From: an uncultured Methanoregulaceae archaeon
Lineage (GTDB): Archaea > Halobacteriota > Methanomicrobia > Methanomicrobiales > Methanospirillaceae
Length of the DNA: 64,000 nt
Direction: 5' to 3'
NCBI GenBank assembly: GCA_963701095.1
Contig: OY969564.1
Coordinates: 512,001 to 576,000, forward strand
This document shows, one piece after another, positions 44,230 to 54,200 of the stretch (position 1 is the stretch's first letter; every line of letters starts with the position of its first letter). The translations under genes and the position numbers were made by a program. The notes under the pieces were generated by a model. That model saw only the letters and a program-made list of their open reading frames with translations. It had not been told where the DNA came from and did not search any database.

Positions 44230-44997
44230 ATGTCCACACACCCGTTTACCATTGCACTCTCCGGAAAAGGTGGTACCGGTAAGACTACGGTAAGTTCTCT
44301 TCTTGTTCGGTCTTTTATCGAAGCCGGTGAAATTCCGGTACTCGCTGTTGATGCGGACCCAAATGCAAACTTCCACGAGGCTCTGGGTGTTGAAGTGAAA
44401 GAGACGCTTGGCAGTATGCGGGAAGAAGCCTTTTCCCGGAACATCCCACCGGGTATGAACCGGCACGATTATGTGAGGTTCCGGTTCCGTCAGGCGCTCG
44501 TCGAATCCAACGGTTTTGATCTTGTTGCCATGGGCCGTCCTGAAGGTACGGGATGCTACTGTTTTGCAAACGATCTTCTCTCCGAATGTATGCTACAGCT
44601 TGAACGGCAGTACCGTTTTATTGTGATAGATACCGAAGCAGGAATGGAGCATATCAGCCGGGGCACAATTGGCAAGCCGGATATTTTGTTAATCGTGAGC
44701 GATCCTGGTGCACGAGGACTGCGGACAATTACCCGGATCCGTGAGATCGCTATACAGCTCGGGCTTGAACCTTCACGAATCCATGTTGTGTATAACCGGT
44801 ATAAATCGGGAGCAGCACCGGTGGATATAGGAAACGAACTTCCGATCGCGATAATTCCAGAAGATCCGGTAGTCGAGGCAGCCGATCTTGCAGCGACACC
44901 GGTATCACAGATTCCGGAATCAAGCCCGGCACGACGTGGGGTCCGTGCTCTGGCAGAAAAACTGATAAAAATGGCGTATACCCGAAGTGAGATATAG
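44230..44997 (+). CDS. cooC: CooC/AcsF-type nickel-insertion ATPase
   Basis: GKGGTGKT, DADPN, GCYC, DTEAGMEH. Confidence 0.92.
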   Translation: MSTHPFTIALSGKGGTGKTTVSSLLVRSFIEAGEIPVLAVDADPNANFHEALGVEVKETLGSMREEAFSRNIPPGMNRHDYVRFRFRQALVESNGFDLVAMGRPEGTGCYCFANDLLSECMLQLERQYRFIVIDTEAGMEHISRGTIGKPDILLIVSDPGARGLRTITRIREIAIQLGLEPSRIHVVYNRYKSGAAPVDIGNELPIAIIPEDPVVEAADLAATPVSQIPESSPARRGVRALAEKLIKMAYTRSEI

Positions 44998-45049
44998 AAA
45001 ATGACATGAAATGGAGGAAATATGATAATTTTTTACAAAATTTTATTAT

Positions 45050-45592
45050 TTACAGGAAAACAGCCACGGCAATAACGGTCGTCCATAACCCGTTCTTATC
45101 ACCTTGTGCTGATTGACAGACATGTTTTGTGCGAATGATTTTACCGCTTGCCTTATATATCTGTTCACGTTCCTGCCAGGCAGCATTTGCATCAAATTCA
45201 ATACCCAGCGTTGTCGCAAGCATAGTCGCTGCAAGATCCTCGGCATATTCTCCTGTCCGTTCCTGGGTCTCACCATATGCATGGTGCTCGGAAAGATACC
45301 CATATTCTTCCACGTCTTTGGGTAGGGCAAGCCCGACAGCCGCAGAAACCAGACGGTTAGGTTCATTTGTTTCGTTCCTTGCCATTACACAGAAAGTAAT
45401 GCCACCAGACTGGAGTTCCCGCAGGCCGGTGGCGGACTGGATCTGTTTACATTTGGGAGGGAAAATGCTTGATACATACACAAGGTTACATTTTTCAATA
45501 CCAGCTTTACGAAGAGTGAATTCGAACGATGCAAGACGATCTTTATGGATTCCCACCCCCTTAGTGAAAAAGATCCTCTGAGGAACATACAT
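45050..45592 (-). CDS. pdaD: pyruvoyl-dependent arginine decarboxylase
   Basis: [31 protein letters not shown] with Ser-Ser cleavage site, YGYLSEHH. Confidence 0.92.
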   Translation of the reverse strand: MYVPQRIFFTKGVGIHKDRLASFEFTLRKAGIEKCNLVYVSSIFPPKCKQIQSATGLRELQSGGITFCVMARNETNEPNRLVSAAVGLALPKDVEEYGYLSEHHAYGETQERTGEYAEDLAATMLATTLGIEFDANAAWQEREQIYKASGKIIRTKHVCQSAQGDKNGLWTTVIAVAVFL

Positions 45593-45653
45593 AATTTTTA
45601 TAGCACCCATGTCTTTTTTTAATTTTTGGTTATTTTCATAAAAGAACTCATTT

Positions 45654-46402
45654 TCAGCAAGTTTGGTTTTTCCGGTCAGATCGGGGACATAAAACCGGCA
45701 TATCTTTGACGATGTTGAGAAGTTCTTCCATATGGTCGATGGTAAAATCGGCCCCAGTACTGTCCCGGGTTTTCGAAAACCGGTCCCGTACCGCGCATAA
45801 ACCGTACGGATACCGAGTTTTCGGCAGGGTTCAATGTCCCGGCGGGGACTGTCTCCAACAAAAAGAGCTTCGGAAGGTTTGGCACCAACAGCGTCCAAAG
45901 CGGCAAAGAACGGCTCATGTGCCGGTTTTTTGACTCCAATACGGTCAAAAGTCACCATTGTATCAAAAAAAGACAAAAGGCCACATTTATCAAGCCGAAT
46001 CCGGGCATCCGCATATTCCGCATCGGTTACAATTGCCATGGCGTACCCATGATCCCGAATGACCTCAAGTGTTTTTCTGACTCCGGGATAGGGCATAATG
46101 TTCCGGAGTTTTTCACGATGATAGATCCGGCAAGCATGCTCGAACATTCCGTTTGTCGGGATACGACGTTCCTCCATATATTGCCGGATATTTTCGGTCG
46201 ATTCAAAACCATGGGTGCTTTCGAGAAAATATAAAAACAACTCGTCGCCATCATCATGACCAAGATGACGCACCACCCCATCGCAAGCAGATATCTGGGC
46301 CCCCACAAGGTCAAAAAGAGTATTGTCCATATCAAATAGGATAGCAATGATACCCTTTTGAAAAAGGTTCTCATCCAGGGTAGTGTTATTCACACAGTAC
46401 AA
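45654..46402 (-). CDS. HAD-superfamily hydrolase, one frameshift at ~45786
   Basis: [18 protein letters not shown]; proper tail YGDRF...[12 protein letters not shown] lies in the shifted frame and stops at 45654. Confidence 0.85.
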
Positions 46403-46539
46403 TCCACTCCGTTAACTAAAATGGGATCGATTGAGGATTGCTCATCCTATTAGATTCTTGCAAAGCATCACTGCATTGCATATTTTTATTAATTACTATA
46501 GGCATGCAAGGCATACTCAAAGAATGTGGGGAGTAGTGT

Positions 46540-47059
46540 ATGAAATACTGGGGCAAATTAAAATCCAAATGGTACCTTTCGGCAATTCCTTTGGTAATTG
46601 TAGGTGCTTTCCTGTTTTTCCATCCGGGAACTGGAATTCATGGTAATTTAATACCTAACACAATAATCAGCCCCCAAGTTTCAAGCCCCGACGTTAATTC
46701 AGCACCCCAAAATCCGGTTCCTAATGTCGTCAACCCAAACGGAGGTTTTACAGGAAGTGGTGGCTCCTATCGCTCGGCAACTTCAGGTTCCGGGATACCG
46801 GAGGTAAATCCCCCAAACCCTAAGTCTTTACCACCAAACACAGTTCCGACTACGGATCCGACTTCTGTACTAACTACAGTACCAACTACAGTACCTACTA
46901 CGTTACCAACTACAGGTCCGACCTCGCTCCCAACTACAGGACCAACTACCGTTCCGACAACGACTCCGGATCCCCCCTCCCCAGTACCCTGAGTTCCCGA
47001 ATCTTATTGTGCCTGGCATCACACTCATGATTCTGGTTATTATTGTGAAAAAAATATAA
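46540..47059 (+). CDS. Pro/Thr-rich surface protein with PEF-CTERM tail, one frameshift at ~46988
   Basis: N-terminal TM, (TTxP)n; removing one C gives PVPEFPNLIVPGITLMILVIIVKKI*. Confidence 0.75.
46844..46965 (+). repeat. imperfect 12-bp tandem repeat (CCAACTACAGKW-like) encoding PTTV/PTTG
   Basis: Visible repeated ccaactacag/cctactacg/ccgactacg units. Confidence 0.7.
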
Positions 47060-47305
47060 ACTAAAAGGACGAACGTAATTTTACTATAGCCAGATTTGTT
47101 AAGATATCCTTTGGAGTTTGATGAATTCTTCTAGTCAATTTTGCTGCAGAATTCTGCTACCAGATTATTATGTTGCTAATGCATGAAATAATACAAAACA
47201 ATAAAGTCTTTTAAATTTTTTTTTTACTGAAGAGTGATAGCTCATTATAAAAAATCCGGGTTCAGAAAAAAGAATGAAAGGGAGAGAATATCCTCTTGTC
47301 CAGCA

Positions 47306-48136
47306 TTACGGTAAGTCCTTTGACTGAACTACCGGGGATTTTTTTTGTTCATCGGTTAACGTTTTGGTAAGTGCAACCGTACCCGTTACGGTCCCAAGGT
47401 TCATTGTTTCAAGGGCGCTCGCCGGTACAAGGACAATAGTCGCATTTCCCGTCTTGAGCCCTTCATACAACATGTTCATGGCTCGAAGGTGGAGCGCTGT
47501 AGGGTTGTTTTCGTAGCTTTTTGCCGCCAGCTCAAATTTCTCTGCAATCTGACGCTCTGAGTCACCAAGAATGACCCGTGCCTGACGTTCGCGTTCCGCC
47601 TGAGCCTGCATTGACATTGCATCCTGAAGGGGACCGGGAATAATCACATCACGTATTTCAACAGAAAGGATCTTGATACCCCATCCGCTTACACGGCTCC
47701 CAATCAACCTCTGGAGTTCTGCGTCAGTCGCTTCCCTCCCGGTGAGCATATCTGAAAGGAAAGTTTTACCGATAACGTCCCGGAGCGCAGTCTGGGATGC
47801 CAGAGAAACCGATCCTTTGTAATCCTTGACTTCAAGTGCGGCCTTTTCGACATCAACCACCTGCCAGAATAATACTGCATCGACGTTGACCGGCACTGTA
47901 TCCTTGGTCAGGGTCTGTTCAGCATTGAACGATGTGGTAATGACCCGAAGATCAATCCAGTATGCAACACGACTCAGGAAAGGAACGATAAAGAAAAGTC
48001 CCGGCCCTTTGATACCGACAAATCTCCCCAGAAACAGGACCACGGCACGTTCCCACTGGTTGGCAATCTTGATCGCCATGACAAGGAGGATTATCAGAAT
48101 AATCAGAACGATAACAACTATAAATGTATAATCCAT
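47306..48136 (-). CDS. SPFH/stomatin (slipin) family protein
   Basis: N-terminal TM, WERAVVLFLGR, LTKDTVPVNVDAV, QAQAERERQAR. Confidence 0.93.
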   Translation of the reverse strand: MDYTFIVVIVLIILIILLVMAIKIANQWERAVVLFLGRFVGIKGPGLFFIVPFLSRVAYWIDLRVITTSFNAEQTLTKDTVPVNVDAVLFWQVVDVEKAALEVKDYKGSVSLASQTALRDVIGKTFLSDMLTGREATDAELQRLIGSRVSGWGIKILSVEIRDVIIPGPLQDAMSMQAQAERERQARVILGDSERQIAEKFELAAKSYENNPTALHLRAMNMLYEGLKTGNATIVLVPASALETMNLGTVTGTVALTKTLTDEQKKSPVVQSKDLP

Positions 48137-48274
48137 ATGGTCAACCTTCCAGAACCGCCCGGCTGGAACTTATTGCCTGACAGTTAAAAGAGGGTACCTT
48201 TTTGAACATATATGCATGGTGATTGATCGGTTATTTCCGGACAACCACCGGCTTAAAAAGATTTCACCGGACCT

Positions 48275-51200
48275 TTACTGTGCTTTTTCGTAGCAGATCA
48301 GTGCTTCTTCGTGTTTGCCCAGTTTGTCGAGCGTGGAACCGACATCGTTCCAGACCTCTTTTCGCTGGGGATCGATTTCAAGGGCACGTTTGAATGACGT
48401 AAGCGCCTCCTGATATTTCTCCAGTTCCTGCAATGCCCGACCCTGGTGGATCCATGCATCGACAAAATCCGGCTGCAGGGCAATCATGGCACGGAACGAC
48501 TCTGCCGCATCCTCGAATTGGCCCAGAGCTTCAAAAGCGCTTCCCCGGGTAAAGTATGCAATCGAGAATGAGGGGTCAATAGCGAGCGCCCGGTCATAGT
48601 ATTCGATTGCACTCTTGTGATCGTTCATGCCGGCAAATGTCATACCCCGCCGGGTCCAGCCAACTGCATTTTCCGGATCCCGTTTAAGTCCTTCATCGTA
48701 CGCCTCCTGGGCTTCAGCAAATTTTCCGAGATCATAGAGGACATTTCCTTTACCAAACCATGCAGTCGCAAGATCCGGCTCTTTTTCAAGGGCTTTTTCA
48801 AATGCTTCAAGAGCGTCGCGGTACATGCCAAGCTCAGCAAGCGAGGTTCCTTTATGGGAGAATGCATCGGCACCATGGGTGTCAAGCTCTAATGCCCGGT
48901 CATAGGACTTGATGGCGTCACGATATTGTTCAACAGCCGCGTATGCCAAGCCACGGTCCCGGTAAAGGTCAGGAAAATCTGGTTTTATGCTGATAGCACG
49001 GTCATATTCCGTGATAGCTGCATCGAAGCTACCTTCATCATACAACGTTCGGGCCTTCAGGTGATGTGCCTGGTAGCAGGATGGGTTTATCTCCAATGCA
49101 CGATCGAATGCCCGTATCGCGCCATCGGGGTTCTGGAGCGCTAGGTACGTCTTTCCTTTCTGGAAGATAGCATCAGCATAACCGGGGCTTGCCGCCAGTG
49201 CCTGGTCGAAAATGGCAAGGGCATCCTTAAACTTACCCAGATGGTAAAGCGCCCTTCCCTTCTCATAGAGTGCCTCCGGGTAATCGCTTTTAATCTTGAG
49301 GGCCGAATCAAACGATGCAACTGCTTCCTCGTACTGTCCCCGGTGTATGAGGGCAATACCTTTGTAATAATAGGATTCCTCAAATTGCCGGTTTATGGCA
49401 AGGGCACGGTTGAACGCTTCGATTGCCTCATCATTCTGTTTCCGGTTCAGGTGGGCACGTCCTTTGTAATAGAATGCCTCAGCAGATTCCGGCTGGAGCG
49501 TCAGGACTTTTTCAATTGCAACAAGTGCTTCTCCGGTTCGTTCGAGGTGGATAAGCGCCCGTCCCTGGTTAAGAAGTGCCAGTGCATAGTTAGGATTGAG
49601 GGTAAGGGCATGGCTGTAACATTCCAGTGCCTCGTCGTACCGGTCAAGGTTTGCCTCGGCTATACCACGATAGAGCCATGCTTCAGGATATTCGTCCTTT
49701 TGGGCAAGTGCCCGGTCAAATGCGGAAATAGCCTCGTGGAACATTGAGACGCCGCAAAGAGCCCGCCCTTTTGCGTAGAAAGCCCGGGCACATTCCGGGT
49801 GCTGGATAAGGGCAGCATCAAAGTTCTTGATCGCTTCCTGATTCCGGCCTAATGCCCAGAAAGAAAGTCCGGCCTGGTAATAGGCACGTTCATCCTTCTT
49901 ATCAAGCGCAATCGCTTTTGTATAACTTATTATGGCGTCTTTGTGACGATCCTGTGCTGCAAGAGCCATGCCTTTCCCGGTCCAGATATACGCGTAGTTC
50001 GGGCGGAGACGGAGTGCATGGTCAAAGATAGTGACGGCATCTGCAGGCCGCTGTAACCGAAGGAGCGCCATACCTTTGTGGTATAATGCTTCGTCATGTT
50101 TGGGACTCAGGGTAAGGGTACTGTCATATGCAGAAACAGCCTCGCTGTACATTCCAAGCGCAAAAAGGGTCCTTCCCTTATAGTAATACGCATCTGAAAA
50201 CTCGGGTTTTAATGCGAGGGCACGATCGAACGCGGTAACAGCATCATCAAAAGTATCGAGCGCAAAATGGGCCCGGCCCATAAGGTACCAGGCATCAGCG
50301 TTTTGCTCATCGGTTTCCAGCGCCTTTTTGTACGAGTCTATAGCGTCACGGTACCTGCCGAGATCGAATAACACCATGCCCCGGTGAAGCAGGCCGGGAA
50401 TCGAACCTGGATCGGAACTGATAACGTGATCGAATGCTTCAATGGCAGCATCAAGTTTTCCTGTTGCTGAAAGGGAGATCCCTTTCCGGTAGAATGCGTC
50501 GTTATTACACTCATTGAGATTAATTTCCTTGTCAAAGGCAAGGATAGCCTCATCGTGCCTCCCAAGCTCTGCGAGGGCAAGACCTTTGTAAAAAAATACC
50601 CCGGAATAATTTTTATCTATGAGCAATGTCTTGTCAAAAGTCTTAACTGCCTCCCGGAACATCCCGAGTGTCGTAAGCGTTTTTCCTTTCTCGAAAAGTG
50701 CATCCGCAAAAACCGGATCAATTTCCAGAGCTGCATCGAATGCTTTTACCGCATCCTCAGTACGTCCGGTCTGCTCCAGCGCTATTCCCTTGTAATAATG
50801 GGTCTTTGCATCTGATGGCCGAAGCGTAAGAGCTGCTGCATAACTACTGACTGCCTCCCCGAATCTTCCGAGCAGGTCCAGCGATCGCGCTTTCTGGAAC
50901 TGCGCGTCGAAATGTTCTGGTACTAGGTTAAGCACCTGATCGAATGCAGCAATGGCATCCTCATAATGACCAAGCCGCGCAAGGACACAGGCCAGTTCGA
51001 ACCAAGCATCGGCATTTTCGGGACTGTACACCAAAAGACGGTCATACGATTCCGCAGCCTCCGCGTACCGTTCCATGGCAGCGAGGGAAGCCGCACGGAA
51101 ATAGAGAGCCCCGGCGTTTTTGGGATCCCCGTCGAGTGCAATATCCAGGGATTCGCACGCGTCCGCGTATTTTGCTGCATAGAAAAGCGCTCTCCCCCGT

Positions 51201-54200
51201 TCGAAACTGGCTACCGGATCTGAAGGTTCAAGTTCAAGCACACGATCAAACGAATTAATGGCTTCCTCATTTTTATTCAGCGCAGCTAAAGCCCGTCCTC
51301 TTTCAAGATAGGAGCGGGCATCATCAGGGCGAAGCGCAATCGCACGATCGAATGCGTTGACTGCAGTTTCGTAATGGCCGATATGCACCAACGCACCGCC
51401 TTTTTTAAACCAGATCTCAGGATCGTCAGCATTGAGGGAAAGTGCCGCGTCAAACGCCATATCCGCATCTTCGTATCGCTCCAGTGCGAGAAGCGACAGG
51501 CCCCGCAGGTAGGCGGGTTCGTAGTTGTCCGTCAGCTGGGTAAAGGCAAGCCTGAATATTTCCTGGGCTTCGTCATGTCGGCCAAGGGACGAAAGGGCTT
51601 TTGCTTTCTCGAAAAGGATTTCACCGTTACCGGGTTCCTTGCCAAGTGCGATATCAAAGAGATGAATTGCCTCTTCGAACTGCCCGAGCCGGGACCATGC
51701 TTTTCCATCAGTAAATAAAAGGGTTATGTCGTGGGGCTCGATCTGGCGGGCTTTTTCAAATGCTTGTACGGCATCATCGTCTTTACCAAGACACTCGGAA
51801 GCAAGACCGCGGTGATACCATGCCCCGAAATGATCTGTTTTTTGGGAAAGCATACGGTCAAATGCGGTGATTGCATCGGTAAATTGGCCGAGGCGTTCCT
51901 GTGCAAGACCAAGATAATAGGCTGCATCGTCAAACGATGCATCCAGTTCAAGGACCCGGCTAAACGAAGTAACCGCTTCTTTATCATGTCCGAGTTCGAG
52001 TAGAGCACGGCCATTTTCGTAATACATTTCCGGTTTCGTATCGTCATGGGAAATCGCCGCAAAAAATGCGTCGACAGCATCGTAGTAGTTGCCAAGACGG
52101 GACAATGCCACGCCTTTTTCGTAGTATGCGATATACTTGTTGCCGTCAATTTCCAATGCGTGGTTAAATGCGGTAACGGCTTCATCATAGTGCCGTAACC
52201 GGGAATGTGCACGCCCTCTGGCAAACCATGCATCGAAATTTGCCGGGTCAAGCCGGATCGCCGCGTCGAAGGTGGCAATGGCGTCGGCATATTTTTTCAG
52301 GTTCGAAAGTGCAATGCCTTTATTGAGAATCGCGCCGACACTAGATGCATTAATGGCAATCGCGGCATCAAACGCAATAATAGCGTCTTTATGTTTTCCA
52401 AGCCGGGCCAGTGCAAGTCCTTTCTCGAAATAAGCCACAGCAAAATTCGGGTCGATAGACGAGGCCATCTCAAATGCCTCGATTGCCTGTCGGTCCCGGC
52501 CAAGTTTGGCAAGCGCACTGCCTTTATCGTAATAGGCGCTTGCATATTTCGGGTTAATAGAAAGCGCCCGGTCAAAGGAGGGGATTGCTTCTTCAAATCT
52601 TCCCATACCGGAAAGTGCTACTGCCCGGTCATACCACCCGTTTGCATTGTTGGGTTTGAGTTCGAGGGCTTTTGTGAGCGCTTCAATTGCAGCCCGTAGA
52701 TTCCCTGCCGATAATAATGCACTTCCCTTCCTGAACCAAGCTGATGAACACGATGGATCTGCTGAAATGACCTGATCAAAACTGTCTATTGCTTCAGCAT
52801 ACCTGCGGAGACCGGCATAGGCTTTCCCCCTTCTGTATGAAGCTGCACTATCAGTCGGTGATAATGCAAGAGCGCGTTCGAATGATTCCAGTGCCTCCTC
52901 AGGGTGTTCCTGGTCAAGCAGGACAGTTCCCTTGAGAAGCCAGACCTCGGATTCATTATTTTCCAGGGAAAGGGACTGCTCCAACGTAACAAGAGCTTCG
53001 TCGGGCTTCGTAAGTTTAACCAGCATACGAGCCCTGTGATAGAGCACTTTAGCATTCTGGGAATCAAGTTCGAGGAGTTTGTCAAATGCCGCAAGTGCCT
53101 GTTTATATCGGCTCAACCCGGCATATGCAAGACCTGTGTGGAACAGCGCATCCCGTATTGAAGGATCATGATCGAGCGCCTGTTTAAACGATCGAATCGC
53201 TTTTTCATATTTTCCTAGAGTGAATAACGCGAGTCCCTTATGGTAATGGGCGTCGGCATGCTCAGGCACATACTGGATCGCTTGATCGAATGCCTCAATC
53301 GCTGCATCATATTTTTTTAACCGGGAAAGCGCCAGACCTTTTTTGAATGCTGCATCAGTGTAAGACTGTTCTAAACCGAGAACCAAGTCGTACGCCCGAA
53401 GTGCCTCTTCGTCATTGCCGATTAGGGCAAGTGCTTCCGCTTTATAGAACGCAGCATCAGCAGATTTGGGATCCAGCACAAGTGCCTGGTCAAACGCTGC
53501 AACTGCCGCTATTCCCTCTTTTTTAAAGTAGAGTGTCTCACCTTTTGCGAGCCAAATAAACGAGTTCTCCGGTTCGAAGGCGAGGGCTCTGTTGATAGCC
53601 TCGAGCGCTGTATCATACTTTTTCACCGCTATAAGGGATCGTCCACGGTAATAATGTATCACAGATGATTCAGGACCAAGTGTAAGGGCAAGGTCAAATG
53701 TTGCGGCGGCGTCCGGGAATCTTTCCAACATATAATAGGTGAGCGCTTTCCTGAACGCATAGTCCTGAAGGGAAGGAGCAAGATCCAGTGCACGTTCAAA
53801 AGCCGGGAGTGCTTCTCCGAATTGTTCCTGGTTGAAAAGGACCAGGCCTTTCTGGTACCATGCAGCTGTACAACTCTCGTCATGCACCAATGCCTGTTCA
53901 AAGGATTCCAAGGCTTCGTTATGTAGGGAAAGGTGGGCGTAAGCAATGCCTTTATAGTACCATGCAGCGGCATTTTTTTCCTCTATGGAAAGCAATTTGT
54001 CAAAGATACCAATGGCTTCCTCCCATCGTTCATTGTGCAGAAGAGATTTTCCTCGGTAGAAAAGGGTAAAGGGATCCTTTGCATTGCGTTTCTGGGCTTT
54101 TGCAAATGATTCTGCCGATTCCTTAAACCGGTTGAGCCGGTAAAGGGCGTATCCCTTGCATGAATATGCACGTGCATTTCCTTGATCATATTCAATAGCT

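Noticed and set aside
45050..46402. Apparent 450-aa HAD hydrolase-arginine decarboxylase fusion in the ORF track
   Set aside because: A one-base loss at ~45786 moves HAD out of its natural tail (YGDRF...[12 protein letters not shown], stop at 45654) and reads through an AT-rich spacer into pdaD, which has its own start at 45592
46844..46965. Short repeats as a CRISPR array
   Set aside because: 12-bp coding repeats without spacers; no cas genes in the window
46990..46992. Selenocysteine or stop read-through at the TGA ending the 150-aa ORF
   Set aside because: The PEF-CTERM continuation is in a different frame, so read-through would not reach it
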